Shown: piece by piece, positions 1 to 15,328 of the stretch
Numbering within the stretch: position 1 is the stretch's first letter
How the letters are laid out: every line of letters starts with the position of its first letter
Source of the DNA: Eledone cirrhosa
Taxonomy: Eukaryota
Length of the DNA stretch: 64,000 bases
Reading direction: 5' to 3'
NCBI GenBank assembly: GCA_964016885.1
Contig: OZ024742.1
Span: 214,644,001 to 214,708,000, forward strand
Notes under the pieces: model-generated
Told to the model about the DNA's origin: nothing
Databases searched by the model: none
The model's input: only the letters and a program-made list of their open reading frames with translations
Made by a program: the position numbers and the translations under genes

Positions 1-494
1 ATTATCGTTGGGTATAATTTTGCAGTAAATTATGATCTCATAGATGGTATACGTGACTAGGATATCTTGACGGAATTAGGATTGATTATTTTACAATATC
101 TATGGTGTTGGGGAAAATGTATATCTAGTAAATATAAACATTTCTTACCTACATATTTATTATCTATGATGATTATCCCGTGTGTCTGGTTACTATCGAG
201 TTTCACCTATGTATTCAGTGATCAGACTCGACTGAACATTTAATATATTTGACATTTCTGCACTATATTATCATTATCACTTATTTGCCATCATCAACAT
301 AAGTAGCATTAATATACCAAACACCTCTTAAGTATTCTGTTTTATAGACATCTACTCTCCCGTTTCATTTGACTAAATACACTGTCACCCTCATTATATC
401 AACATATGCTACATACCTGAAAACTGCCTTTCAGTCAAAACCCCTTCCCACTCATACCACACCCTTTTCTCCTCACCATTCACTTATCTACACA

Positions 495-2540
495 GGTTGG
501 CGCTTGTCGTCGAAAACCTGGTGGGAGAAGCGAAGACATACGCAATCCTGACCAGATCCATACACGACAACCTCCACCTCATGCGATACATCTTAGCGAG
601 GGTAGGGTTTACACCCGGCTTCGGTGGGGCCCTTATCAACTTGGATCAGTCTAAGGCTTTCGATAGGGTTAACCATCGTTACCTGGATGCGGTGCTCGAG
701 GCGGCAGGATTCGGACCCGTGTTCAGGGGCTGGATTGCTGCAATGCACAGTAGCAACATCTGCTCAAGGGTCAAGGTGAACGGCTACCTCCCGGAGCCGT
801 TCCGTATCACGCAATCCATCCGACAGGGATTCCCTCTCTCCCCCTTCTCTACGTACTGACTCTCGAGCTACTACTGCGGAAGTTGAATCTATTGCAGGGC
901 ATCCCATTAGAACCGGCACTGTGAAAAGCGGCGTCGGCCTACACCGACGACGTTACAGTAATGGTGTCGAGCACCTCGCAAATCGGGGAGATCGGCACCT
1001 TGCAGGAGGAATACGAAAGGTTCACAGTAGCGAAGCTGAACCAGGACAAAAAATTATCGGTTTACAACTCGGAACGTGGAGAGGCAAACCGATGCCTTCC
1101 GATGGCGTCGTCGGACGCTGGACGGAAAGACCGGTAAAGCTGCTCGGGGTCTCGTTTGGTCCGGACCTCCAGGCGGAGAAGAACTGGAACGAGGTGACGG
1201 CGAAGGTGTTTGGGCTCACACAGAAGTGGTCCGAGTGCAAACTATCCTTGAAAGGTCGAGCGGATGTGGCGAACACTTTTATAGCGTCCGGCATCTACTA
1301 CCGTTTGACTGTCGTGTCTTGTCCAGCCAACACGCTCACCAAAATGGAGCGCGCACTCTTCCAAATCCTTTGGAAGAAACGGACTCCGTTGGTGAGAAGA
1401 TCCATCTGCTGCCAACACCCTTCCAACGGAGGGCTGGAGCTGCCGTGGCTGACGATGTGCAAACACGCGCTCAGGCTGCGGCACCTCCACGTATTCCTCA
1501 CCGGACAACCGATGTGGGCCCCGTTCGTGAGACGAGCTTTCCCACGACTCGTCTCGCTGACCGAGCTGCCGTCCTGGGTGGAGCAAAGACCGAAGAAAAT
1601 GGGCGACTGGCACATCGAATGTGCTCAGGCGCTCATAGTCCTCTTGCAAACGGACCCGGCGATCAGTGGAGACACCCCTTCGTCATTCTATAGAGGGTTG
1701 GCCCGCAGCAAGTGCGACGACCGGCTCGGAGAAACTCTAGGCGTAGAGTAGGACGAACTGGCCATTCTGTACGGTAGGATCTTCCGCCCGGGACCGATGG
1801 ACAACTTCCAAAAGTCCCTGGCCTGCAGTGCTACCGAGGAGCTCTACCAGTTCGAGACAAGCTCTACAGACATGGGCGCCCGGGAAGTGACCCTTCGAAA
1901 AAGAACTGTCCGAGATGCGTGCGTGACGAGAAAATTTGAACACTGCCCGGGCGTTACCGACCTGTGGGGCTGTGTAGAACGACTAATGTCGCTGGTGGGA
2001 CCAATCCAGTTGATCACCGAGTCCATTGTCATGATCAAACCGCCACCCTCCTTCAAAAAAAGTAGAGGCGGTTTTCCTATGTATTATGGCTATGGCGAAA
2101 GAGGTTATATGGTGGACGAGGTTAAAAGGGCTGAGGTCAGACACCTTTCTCTCCGGCGAACAACTGATTCGTTTTTTCAAATATCATTTTGGAAGAAGAA
2201 TCAGGATGGAGAGAGAGGTTCTGTACCCCAGCAAATTTTATAAAAGGTCGGTGAATGTGGCAAAGATGGCCCGAGTGGTTGGGCCTTCTCTCTATATAAG
2301 CCTGTAGGTTGAGGGAAAAGGAGAAGAGAGGAAGGGAGTACTCACTCTTGGTGCTCCTGGAGATGAGGGTTGTACATTTGTTTTCGGGGTGTGTACAACC
2401 CCTGTGTAACGCCTCCCCCTGTTGGGGATTTCAATTGCTATTTGTTGTTTTATTAATAGTCTTATTTTCATATACCTGTATGTAAACTTCGCATTTGTAT
2501 TTGTCCGCTTCTTTTGTGCCCTCGTGGCTAATAAAGAAAT
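495..2540 (+). mobile_element. 5'-truncated, frameshifted L1/Tx1-clade non-LTR retrotransposon (RT plus 3' region)
   Basis: RT motifs LDQSKAFDRVNH, RQGFPLSP and AYTDD (~937-951) lie in shifted frames. The element ends in AATAAAGAAAT. An 11-bp TSD ttatctacaca is present at 484-494 and 2541-2551. Confidence 0.9.
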
Positions 2541-3828
2541 TTATCTACACATTCTCCTCTTCCTCCCATTCTCTGATTCTAGCTTTACCCCCTATATTAT
2601 CCATACAGTTTCCTCGCCAACTACATATTTTCTCCGTATTTTCCTTTACCTCTTGGTCGTTTGCTCCGTGCCCTTGCTCATACCTTTTCTTAATTCTTTT
2701 ATGCCTTTTTATACCTTCTACCTTTTCTCACCCTCTCTATTACTGTCCAGAATTCCCCTGAAAGCCATCCTCCCAACATGCTCATCCAATTCATAAACAC
2801 CCATCTTTCTCTACTCTTCCCATCAATGCAGTCTAATAATAATGCATATGCCATTGAATATTCCGATTTTTCTGATGATCCTGTAAGTTGAGAAGTGGAA
2901 CACCAGAGTAACAATTCTCACCGTGTGGAAATCAGATCTGTGTTATCACATTTTTTGTTTCCGTAGACGAGAAACCTGATCTAATCCTTCCTCTTTGTTT
3001 TTTTTTGTTTATATTTCAATTTACATTTACTTAAATATATCCTTTTATTTTTGCTCATTTGTGTTTTTAGTTTCATCCATTTAATTTCGTCTCCTTTATT
3101 ATTGAAAGATGTGTCGCTTTTGGAGGATTAGATTCACTATTAATGCAACAAACAAACAGAAAAGTAAAATCTGCTATGTATTTCAGATTAGAGACTCCTC
3201 CTGAAAATGCCCCATTTTGCTTCACCTCGGATCATCATTCCATTTAATACAAGTGAATCTGCACAAATGTCTCAAACCAAACAACAAGAGACTTCATGTT
3301 AGTGAAGATGAAAAATACGCACCAATCTCTAATATTCTCTGAATATAATCGACAATAGTATACAAAACGCAAGGAAATTTAGCATCAAGAAAGTTGGAAA
3401 AAAACAAAACGGTTATACCATATGTAACGGTTTTAACTAAAATAAAACATCTAAATATATATACACTTCCAACTATACATGGTGATTCTACTAATGGACC
3501 AAAGGAAGAGAAATGCGCTGAAAACTATTTCAAATCTTTAAGAAAATAGTGACGAATGCAAAGCCCAATAACGTAACTGAAAATTATAGAGTAAGTAAAT
3601 AAACCCGAAAATATTATGGGGAATCCAGCTCCATATTAGATTCAATGAGGACACTATCTTCAAAATATAAAGGGAATTTTGTGTCCCCCATATATTTCAA
3701 TATATATATTATGACATAGGATGCCATGAACACTATATTTGTGAAACTAGTATTACATTCTAGCAAATCATAATAGTACACCATCAATACGTTGGTGAGC
3801 GAGCACATGAAACATCCTAATGATTCGA

Positions 3829-3879
<51 letters not shown>

Positions 3880-3900
3880 AACACTTATATATATATATAC

Positions 3901-4154
3901 ATAAAGATACCATAGCTCCTTGTCGAGTCGAAGAGGTACCGTCATACACCGTGTCTAGGGCACATTTAATCCTGATGGAGCCCAATATTCTCCAGTTCTG
4001 AACATAGCCGATGAAGAAATATGTTGGGTTAACGCTTGAAATGTTAAAATAAGAGTCTTAACGTTTCGGATACAAATCTTTCATCAGAAGTTAGATTGTG
4101 AAATAAAAGATGAAATAGAAGGATAAAGAGTGAAAAGAGAAAGAATCGGAAACA
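3901..4154 (-). mobile_element. Solo PLE pLTR with minimal hammerhead (4055-4092)
   Basis: Minus strand reads ctt-CTGATGA-aagatttgtatcc-GAAA-cg-TT-aag. A pyrimidine-rich leader precedes it and the tail ends at (TA)n ~3900. Confidence 0.6.
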
Positions 4155-4243
4155 GTGTGTGTGTGTGCGTGTGTGTGTGTGTGTGTGTCTGTCTGTGTGT
4201 GTGTGTGTGAGTGTGTGTGTGTGTGTGTGTGTGTCTGTCTGTC

Positions 4244-4286
<43 letters not shown>

Positions 4287-4733
4287 ATACATATAAATAT
4301 AGGTATGTTTTGGTGCATATATGTATGCATGTGTATGTTTGTTTGTCTCGACTCGCAAAGTTTTTACATGACGGAAACCCCAAAACACAGATTTCCATTG
4401 AACGGGCAAGGACGTATATTACAAACATTTCAACCTGAAATATTTTGTTAAGTGATTTCGCTAATTTGAAAGTACCCACATTTAAAAATTAAAAAAATAC
4501 TATAAATATAACACGTCTTCACTAATTAGAATTAAATATTACGGTGTGTTCTGAAAATCGTGACTATTCTCTACATTGAAGATATGAAAACAGGATTTCA
4601 ATTGGTTGCCTTTCCGCCTTATTTCATTTATCTTTATGTATATGTGTATTATATATTATTTTTGTTGGAGTCTGTTAGTGTTTATATACATACATACACA
4701 CACACATACAAAGAGATATATATGTATGTTGTC

Positions 4734-4858
<125 letters not shown>

Positions 4859-5005
4859 ATGCAAGTATATGCATATACATATATGTGTGTTTGTGTATTT
4901 GTGCATGTGTACATGTGTGTGCCTGAAAGAATGAAGAGGGAAGTAAGAGAGAAGTATCTAGTATTTTACAATGCTGCATATTAACCATTGAATGTAACTC
5001 ATAAT

Positions 5006-5078
<73 letters not shown>

Positions 5079-5144
5079 CATTCATATGTATATATCTCTA
5101 TATATATGTATATTTACTATATACATGCATATGTATATATACAT

Positions 5145-5233
<89 letters not shown>

Positions 5234-5524
5234 GGAGCATTTCATTATATATTCTACTAATAATTTGGTGTTTAACTGTGTACAATTTGTGTTGATTACA
5301 CCCATGTTGAATTTAAATAATCAACCATCGACTATTTTTCACGTCACTTCATATTAAAATTTCATTCCTGAGTAGATAATTCAAATTTTCCCATTTAATC
5401 ACACATTCGATTGTTTTGTTTCATAATTTATTATATATTCTGTTGTTGATATTAATCATTATTAAATGGAGAGGAAGTTACTCACAATCTCACACAAACT
5501 CACATACAACACTTACACACATAT

Positions 5525-5557
<33 letters not shown>

Positions 5558-7500
5558 CAGACATGCATGTGTGCAGATATAGAAACACACATATATCGAT
5601 ATGTACAAACGTACAAACAATTACACCGTTACATATAGACAAAGATAGCACGTTACCATATGCATCAAACTTCTCAATCCACGTTTATTTTTCTATTTGT
5701 TTCATTCACAGAATTCAAAATATTTACAGAATCATCTTCATAAAGCATTTGGTAATTGCTTTGAGTGTCTAAAGTGATGGCAAACATGTTATTTAAAAAC
5801 GGCTCTTCATAACTAAACCTGTTTTTCAGAAAATATTATTCCTCTTGAGAAATCCTACAACTTGAAGCCTTATTCATATTTCGTGCAACTTGTTATAACC
5901 GTTTTTATTTGAGTGGAACAATCGGTTTATAAGAACTACATTAGCAATTATACATGTAAATTTAGTATGTACTCAAAAGATATAAATTTATAAATAACTT
6001 TATATTATAGAAATAGCGCTCAACGCTTATTTTTCCGCATGAGAGAATCTTTTATGGTAAAATTAAATGTCCAGTAATTCTAACACCATGTACGCTCACA
6101 TCAAATCAATGCCTGGTTCCATGATGACATGCCAAGATGGATTCATTAGTTTATTAAACATCCTGATTCTAAACTGTCAAAGTATCGTATAATTGATTAT
6201 TGTTTCATTAGGTGGGAGACCAGTCTCAAACATTTCTATGAAGGTGAGACCCTAGTATGGATGGAATTCAATGATACCAGTAGTAAATAGGAGCTTGAAT
6301 ATATCATGGACAAAGGATCCAATCAATTCCGCTTCGGAAAACATAGCAAGTTTAAATATTCAGTGGCCATATTACACATTTTACACATGTTTCTCATTTT
6401 CAATAGCATATTCAGGTGCTCTAAAAATAACATTATATATGAAACAAAACTATGTTGGATTCCAAATGTAACCATTAGAAAATGTACCTAAATAATCGTA
6501 GCAATGGTTTATAAAGTTGTGGTACAAGACTCTTCTATATTATTCTACGAATTTAAACATTCGTGTTTTCAGTTACTAGTTGAAAAATACCTGCTCAGAA
6601 ACATAGCAAATTTGCACTCAAAAAAGCAAAGAACAAAAAGAAACGAAAAAATAGAATACGTGAGATGAATGAGGGAAATTATCTCACTTCCTCTTCCGCT
6701 TCCTGTGAGCTGGTATAGCATAATATTGAGCCAAGTGGAGAAACCCATGACATTTCTAATTCCTTTGTGATCGCGAAGAGTGAAGGGGGTAAAAAAGTAT
6801 CCTGAAACACAAGCTCGACACAAATGCCATAGAAAAACACTATACCACGCTAATAGCAGCTATGGACTAGATGTGAAACCGTTTGACGGATTAGAACTAA
6901 CATCGATGTATCCACAGATCAACTCGAATTAGTAAACAAAAAGAGCTGGAAAAAAAGCAACTGAAACCATATGTATAGAATTATAAATTTTCTTAAAAGG
7001 AATACAAATGTGCGTGCACCCTCGCACATAACTATATATTTATCTCATATGTTTAATGCTCATCCATATATAACTACGGCGCAAATATGGATATGTTTAA
7101 CGCAGATGTGTATCGTTCTGTGGTTATGAATTTCTTTGCACATACTCAGGGTCCATACTCGTTCGAAGCACTTGGCAACTTGAGAACAAATGTCTTCTTC
7201 CGTAAAGAATTGTTGAATGATATTTGTTAAAGTAAAAATTTATGAAGCCTCGCTATAATTATTCTGAAATGAAATACACTGTCTGTACTCATATGTTGAT
7301 AAGTTTATATCATAATAACATTTCATAATTGTAATATTTCAACATTATTCAAACGGCTAAACAATAAACAACCCATACTAACATCTAAATATTTGTATGT
7401 ATAAGTTTGCATTTGTGTGTTTCCATATCCGTGTTTATGTACAATAGTATATGGTCGCATCCTATTATGTACATACATGTGATTATTATTTGCTGGTGTA

Positions 7501-7698
7501 TTGGCAATATCAGTATACCGTTGGACAACAGTAGCATATAGTTATATGACTTTACGTTCTAAGTTCAAATCACGCAGACCTTGGCTTTGCCTTTCATCGT
7601 TGCAGGGTCGAAAAAATAAAGTACCAGTTATGCACTAGGATCGATCTAATCGAATTTCCTCTCTCCAAGCATTTTTAGCCTTGTGCCTAATTCAGAAA
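7501..7698 (+). mobile_element. Degenerate copy of the main SINE family
   Basis: ctttgcctttcatc...gggtcg...aaataaagtaccagt core shared with the other copies. Confidence 0.75.
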
Positions 7699-8080
7699 AA
7701 AATGATTCGATATAAAATGAAGTTTGAATCTATCCGAATATTTGTCGTAAAGCTGAATAAAATATTTACAACATTTCGTTAAGAAATTATAACGGCTGTT
7801 CGAATATTCGAGTAAAAATACTTAAGTTAAAGAACAGAAACAATATAGGACAGAAATACAACACAACTCTAAAATCAAATCCCCCAAAAGAAAACAATGG
7901 CTAGAGTAATAGTAGTAAATACTCAAAGGATGTGATAATGTGGAAAGCTGTAAAGTTTCTAAAAAGAAAACGAAATAGTTCATATCTAAATCAGAATCAA
8001 ATCTCCGATGAATAGTTGACTTAAGATGTAAACAGACCAGCCACAGTGTATGTTGATGCACACACACAGACACACAGACA

Positions 8081-8130
<50 letters not shown>

Positions 8131-8134
<4 letters not shown>

Positions 8135-8530
8135 TAAAAACAATGAATAAAAACAAAGAAACAGTTGCTTATATTAAAAATTCATCATTTTACGATCGTT
8201 GCTAGGATATATATGTGTGGGTTGGTATGTATATCATATAGATCTATGTAAAAATGTTACAAACTATCAGAAGAAATATACATACCTACACATATATATG
8301 GCGTCTTCAGAAATAATGATATTTGTTTATTGAAAAAACCAACAAAGTTTTAATATAATAGGTCTGTTTGGGAACAGGTTTTGAATTGACCACTAGAAAA
8401 AGTAGTAAGTGGTCAAATTGATAGAATAGTAGTAGTAGAAATTTAATTTAGGGGTAGAGGAATGCAGACTTAAGTTTTGAATGGAAATAATACTTTGAAT
8501 GAAAGGATTACTTTGGGGATGAAAAGAGGT
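8131..8530 (-). mobile_element. Solo PLE pLTR/3' UTR with decayed hammerhead (8187-8314)
   Basis: Minus strand reads attt-CTGAAGA-long stem II-GCAA (GAAA mutated)-cgatcg-TA-aaat. The tail abuts (TA)n. Confidence 0.5.
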
Positions 8531-8567
8531 CAAGCTGGTGAAAGGTACACGAAAATATGCTCACATT

Positions 8568-8704
8568 TCCAGTGGTACTTTATTTTATCGACCCCGTAAG
8601 GATGAAAGGCAAAGTCAACCTCGGCGGGATTTAAATCAGACCATAAAAGGCCGTAACTCTTTGCTGCAAAGCATGGCGTCTGACCCCTACCGATACTGCC
8701 AATC
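8568..8704 (-). mobile_element. SINE (main family)
   Basis: Reverse complement of the 25694 and 53113 copies. Confidence 0.85.
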
Positions 8705-8759
8705 TGCTGCGTGTTTGAATCACCCTGATGAGTAAATGTTTAATAACGCCCCTTCATAA

Positions 8760-10752
8760 TTTTTATATACAAAAAAGCGAGGATGTGTGGGCGTCTGTGT
8801 ACAATTTTGCATACTTAAGGCTTTTACAATTACCAACTGAATTTGACCAAACTTTCTGTGCACGTTGCACAGGTCGCTAATATTGTCACATCACAAACAT
8901 TCTTCAAATCGAACCACGTTGAGCAACAAAAAATCGATATCAAAATTATCGGTAGAAACCATGATGTAAGCGAGATAACACACTTTATAGGCAATCCTTA
9001 TAAAAAAAGGGAGATAACCAACTTTTCAGGAATATAAACATCACTTTCATTTGAAGATAAATCACTAATATTATCGTTTGTTTCTTGTTTATTCTTTGTT
9101 GCACTTTCAAAGTTAAAAAAAACACTTGTTGTTTCACTATATTAAGTGTTAATTTTCGCGTTAAGGGCCTAATCTCGCAGCAGTCTCGAATTGTCGAGAT
9201 TTTGATGATGGTTTGTCTATTTTTAGAACAATCGTTATGGGACTTTCCATTCAAACCATTGGGACCTACCACTTTTACATTTTTAAAACTTTCATAAGCC
9301 ATGTTGATACAAAAAAAAATTTCTTGCAATTTCAAAGTTAGCTGTAACGCTTCAATTCATAGATTTTCACTTTAAAACTTTTCACCAAATATGCCCCATA
9401 AAAGAAAGTATACACATATTGGCTATCGGTCGAAGAAAACAATGCGTGTAAATGACGCTCCGCTGATAACCGCTGATAAAATAGACAATCACTAAATGTG
9501 GTGAGTACAGTTATCGCAACATCTTTGCTCGCCGCTGAGCGTCGGTTAGTGCGGCGAACCAATAATGCTAAAACAACTGTTGCAGCACGAGCTGCAGGGA
9601 CTACAGAGCAACGTGAAACACGCCTTGCTCTGGATGCTACAGATACTGCTGCTGCAAGATCTGCAGAGACAGTACACAAATATGAAAGACGCCGTACGCG
9701 TAATGCTTCAGCTAATGTTGCAGCAAGAGCAATTGAGACTGAGCAAGAACGTCAAAGTCGGCATTTGAGAAATGCTTCAGCTACTGCTACGGCACGAGCT
9801 GTAGAGACTGTAACAAGTCGAGCTATTCGGCTGGAGGGTAACGCTCAACGTAGAGCTTTATCGCGTGGTATTTCAAAGGCATCACGCTCACGTAGGTACT
9901 TTAAGGCAGTTAATTATGACCCTAATGTAAACTATCAAATCCATCCTGATATTCAAATACATGCCATGTCAAATACTTGCCAACATCGTAAAGCTAAAAA
10001 GTGGGGGGAGAATCAGCTGGAATGTGCTGCTCCAACGGTAAGGTTAATTTGCTCACCCTTATGGAACCACCGCAACCTCTCCAGATGCTTCTAACAGGTA
10101 AGCATTCACAATCACGTGATTTTCTGAAGCATATCCGACAGTACAACATTGCGTTTCAAATGACCTCTTTCGGTGCAAAACGTCTGCTCACGAGTTGGCA
10201 GTCGAAATAATCTCTTTGCGTTTGTTCCGAAAAGAAAAACAAAGAATATCGTCTATCCTGAAGTGCTTTAGTGTTAACAAAAAAACTTATTACAGCTCTG
10301 CCTTGACTTCACCTTACTCATTACAAAACATACCAATGAATATGTCATGCAGGATATTTTGGATTATAACTTTAAAATTTAACCATACACAGCAAAGGAT
10401 GCTCTCAAAGAATATATTTTCTCTTATTCTACTATCATTTATTTTTGTTTGTATACAACTCTGCTTTCATTACAACTTTTTGTACTTTAGTAAAACTGCC
10501 TATTTTTTTTACAGATTTGCAACGTGTATTGTCTTTAATTATTTGTATAACTACATCCTGTTCAGTGTTTTCCTTCATTATCAACATGTATTTATGTGTA
10601 CAAGGATTGTACTAAATATTCGTTTGCATTAATTATTGAAGAATTCTGCTTATTTTGACAGGTTGGGGATAAACAATGTTCTTCTTTGACTTCGTAGCTG
10701 TATATTCTTAGCATAATTTCAAACCCCGAGCAACGCCGGCTAAGTCTGCTAG
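8760..10752 (+). mobile_element. Internally deleted Helitron with frameshifted RepHel N-terminal fragment
   Basis: Translation CQHRKAKKW/GESAGMCCSNGKV...FLKHIRQYNIAFQMTSFGA (9960-10190) matches the RepHel Zn-finger region. The 3' hairpin ccgagcaacgccgg is followed by CTAG|T (10749-10753). The 5' end is approximate. Confidence 0.85.
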
Positions 10753-12589
10753 TATATATATAAACATAGAACCATTAACATATATATATATATATATATA
10801 TATGTGTTTGTGTGAGTGTGTGTGTGTGTGTGTAATATATGTACATGCATGTGTGTGTATAATATATAACCTATATATGTCCAGTATACTGGAAGAAATC
10901 GTGCAATACAAATGAAACGAAACTAGGGCATCTAATAGATTGATGAAAAAAATTACCAGAGTTCGATCTAGCATACAGATTTAGAACGACTTTAGATAAA
11001 ATGAAACTTATAACGAAGTTAGTAGATAACACAGGCAGGTATCTGTATTGAAACATTAATCCATAGGTTGTATACTGTTACACAATTCTCCTGTACAACA
11101 GCGACTGTTTGGAGGCTACATGTAACTGTTCTTGCCCTTTTTCCTTAGTAACAGCACATACAGATATCCCAAGCTCTATTAACCTTGTGGCTTAATTGAA
11201 CAGCATATATATGATGGTGAAGGTCCATTTTCTACGTTGGTGACTGTTAATCTTCAACGAAAAAAAAACAAAAACTTGCATAATCCAGTGCTTTACAGAG
11301 GAATCTCCCATCTGCAGATGCTCCGTCCGTCTGTAACAGACTATAAACTACATCGTCATTTTGGTTGTACGTGTGACATTTTAGTTTTGAATGAATACGT
11401 AGCTATATAGAGATATCTATCAGAAATTTGAGTTAGTTTCATTATCTCTATATCCCTATTGTAATATAGGTTCAAACCTTATTTTAGGTTATACAATATC
11501 AGATTTGTATATCCATTATATTTGATCCGTTCAAACTAGAATATATTTATGTTAGATGTACATTATATTCTTCGAATAGTTGAAATAAGAACAGAGATGT
11601 AATTTGTAATGGCACTTGACAATAGCACCATGCTAATATAGCTAGCTACATGATGAATAGCTGTCATCCGTTTAAATGGATTATTCAATATGTTTCATAA
11701 AGCCCAGTTAATTATGGAAACCAAGCACTATATGCTATTCGTTTTCATTCCAACTATATCGAAATCGAAATCACAATAATAAATGAGTTTTAATTATTAA
11801 ACTACATCCGTTATAAGATTCTTATAGACTTTGGGAGAAAATAATATATAGTTCCATATGGAATCATTCATCTAACATTACACAGTTTCGCTAGATTGTA
11901 TTTGAAGCAGAAAACATTCTATATGTTTCTTTCTTTTGTGCCCTAGTGGCAAATAAACATAAATTTGTCTTAAATTAAAACAAGTTTGCTTTATATATCA
12001 CTAAAATATAGCGTGTTTACGAAGATGACCAAGCTGACCATTGAAGTATAATGGTGTATTTATTTTACCACCCTGCAAACAAAAGATCTTCCTCTTTTCA
12101 TTCAAGCTACATTTATAATTTTAAATTTCATAAACGCCTAAAAACATTGGCTCGCACAAATATTGGTATGCTGTGAGGAACCAGGCTTAGTTTCATTATC
12201 CTCACTATAAGGAGAAAATCTGTGCGCCGAAAATAAAGAGAAGAACGAATTTGGCGTTTCAAGGAGAAAGAAGAATAAGAAAGAAAAGAATAAGAAGAAA
12301 TAAAAAAAAACAAGTGTTAGGGCATTTCCAAAATGGAGAGCATGTGAAATTTAAATGGCTACATCATGTCATTTTTAAATTAATACAAATATGCGAGTCG
12401 GTCTCACGAATAGTTTATGATGTTAAAATATTTAAATGTCATTAGGTAAACATTTTATGAATTTCAGGGGACAGATATGATGATATTATGTATGGTTTTA
12501 GAAAGTATAAACACTGCAATTATTATAGACATATACGGGGTCACATACGCAGTTCGACCACAGAACCCTGTATGACGCCACATAATCAA

Positions 12590-13560
12590 AGCAAACAAAA
12601 CTGAAAATGTTTTACCCCGGATGATAGCCATTGAAATGAGCTGACAGTGCTATTGAAGCTCGTGGGTCTCATTTCTGCGAGTGGCCAGTTCCTTCCCGAT
12701 AGCACCTTGTAAGGAAGTAGTTCGGAGACCATTGATGTTTTCACGCCTATTCATTTAATGAGAAATGTATAACTATCGGGAAGCGGCCGGTATTTGAACA
12801 GCATGTGTTGTTCAGCTTGTTGGGCAACGGAATCTGAGTCTGTCACAGAATTCACCAGAATGTAGCTAAGGACGTATATCTACATATTGCCTTCCAGATG
12901 GTGGTACCGGAAGAATGTGAGTTTATCTGTCCTTTGCCGTCTTCTATGTTTAATCGATCTGGTTGGATATACAACGGGACGCCAGCATCTTCCCGAATAG
13001 TACTTAGTTATCAAGTTTAGAGCACCACGCCGTGGGATGTGACCGATACATAGGTGGCACGAATGGAAATGAAGCGGCATTTGTGTTACTTGGCGATCTG
13101 GAGAAAACCTTGGATTGCATCCGGTTTGTGTTGAGGAGATTCGACATCCACACTGTGATCGCTGCAATTGGAGTAGGCAAACTTAAGTTTTCTGATTGTG
13201 TATGCTCTGTTGTGTGGTGGAGAACCTTGTCGATAAGGGCTTGACAGGTTTTCAGATACGAAAGGAGCACCACCAGGGACAATGACACTGGAAAGAGCAG
13301 ACCTATGTTACGAGATCCGACAGGTAATTTGACTTCTTGCCCTCCATTGAATGTGACGCTGCATTTCTCTTCTGCACCTTACCGGGGGCAGACGTCCAAA
13401 TATGTGAAATGAGATGTGTAAATGTACAAGGAGGAATTCCGAAACTTATGGAAACTTTTCGGCATGCCGAAAGATATTCTCAACTGGAAGAGAGCTTGAT
13501 ACGCGTAGATCACGCGTATTCTGCACACAACAGCTTTTGTTCACAATAGCCTAGATTCGA
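12590..13560 (-). mobile_element. Highly decayed CRE-like (restriction-like endonuclease) non-LTR element
   Basis: Minus-strand peptides LVNSVTDSDSVAQQAEQHMLFKYRPL and IGKELATRRNETHELQ...ISMAIIRGKTFS align by eye with the C-terminus of ORF 30161-30769. The right boundary is approximate. Confidence 0.65.
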
Positions 13561-13724
13561 GATGGTATTCTACGATCTTTGAGTGATCTGGCTAATCTTT
13601 TGTCAAAATATCTTGGAAGTATGTGGCAGATTCCATTTGCTCAAACTTGGCTGAAACTGAACGTTTCTTTCTACTCTACTCGTTCTTTCTCTCCCCACAA
13701 ATCGTTTTCTGTCAGTCTGAATAT

Positions 13725-13727
<3 letters not shown>

Positions 13728-13805
<78 letters not shown>

Positions 13806-13832
13806 TCTCTCTCCCTCTCTCGCTCTCTCTCT
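13728..13832. repeat. (CT)n microsatellite, representative of dozens of (TA)n/(CA)n/(CT)n tracts across the window
   Basis: Direct reading of the sequence. Confidence 0.95.
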
Positions 13833-14553
13833 TCTTCTCTCTTCCAACATCCAATATATTTACCGAGAAGAGACATGTCTTATTTAAATAGGATTTATTT
13901 AATCCCTTCAGCGATGAGATTGCCGTTGGAATTGTAAGAACGATATCAGCAAAACATATACAAATCGACACATTAAAATAATTATGAGGTAGTTTTTCTA
14001 TAACTAATGGTGCTTTATTTTCTTATAATTGATAAGCACACCATATACAGTGACGTTTGTTTGCCAAGTGCTAGACTATTCTCAGTTCATTGAAGATTTT
14101 CGTTGATCTCTCTAAACATATAAGATACTACAAGTGTAAAATGTTCGTTTGAGGATATATGGTAACATGACATTTACTTAAATGTGTTACACATTTCTTC
14201 GTGATAATTATAAAGGAAATACCGCTGGTAGTTTCTGTATAAAGTGCATGAAATATTTCAAGTTGTATATATGTAGATATTTTGTTTTATTGTCATGTAT
14301 GTGATATTTGACGTCATAGCAACACTCTTCGATGCAACAAAAGAAACGAATAAAAATAGCAAGCATTTCTCTCCTCGACTACTAGCTATAAATAGCTACA
14401 GAATAAATCAGGGAATAATGCATGTTATAATGAGATGTTTATTTCATTTTTCCGTAATTTTCGTCACAACTGTTCTCATACTTGCTCCCTCAGTCACACT
14501 CTTTCTCCATTCGCTCCCGTATTCACTGACTCACACACACGTACGCACGTGCA

Positions 14554-14654
<101 letters not shown>

Positions 14655-14933
14655 TTTATTCTATGTGAGGAAGTATTAATTTGTCACTTACTTTGCTAGA
14701 AATAGCAGTTCATTCTCTCACGATTTTCAAACTAATTTCTTACATTAACGACGTATACTTTCTGATATGCTAAGACAAAACCGACGCAGTTGGAAGCGTG
14801 TCATCAAATTCTGCTAGAAAATAATAGTCTGTCTAAACATAAGAAATAATGTGTAAGGTTTTCTGCAAACATTTAGCATACTTCGAGTATAATACAGATC
14901 AAACATATATATATAGTTAAGATTGATATCTCT

Positions 14934-15001
<68 letters not shown>

Positions 15002-15296
15002 ATATGTATATATATATATACATAATTACGGTATGTACACATTTCTTCTAAGTTTAATTTTACACCTAATGGTTGATGGTATATTTAGTCAGTTTCTACA
15101 TGCTGTCGAAATGTTGGATAAATACTCTATTGGGGCCACCGCGAAGAGGCCACTTTCTGTTATTTGTCGGAGATTTCTTCATAAGAGCCTTTCTTCTTAT
15201 AGCTTGGTCTAATTGATTTTTTATATGGTTAATTATGCTAATTGGAAGAGGAAATGGTATATATTTTATCTAATAATTCTAAGGACATGATTTATG

Positions 15297-15328
<32 letters not shown>

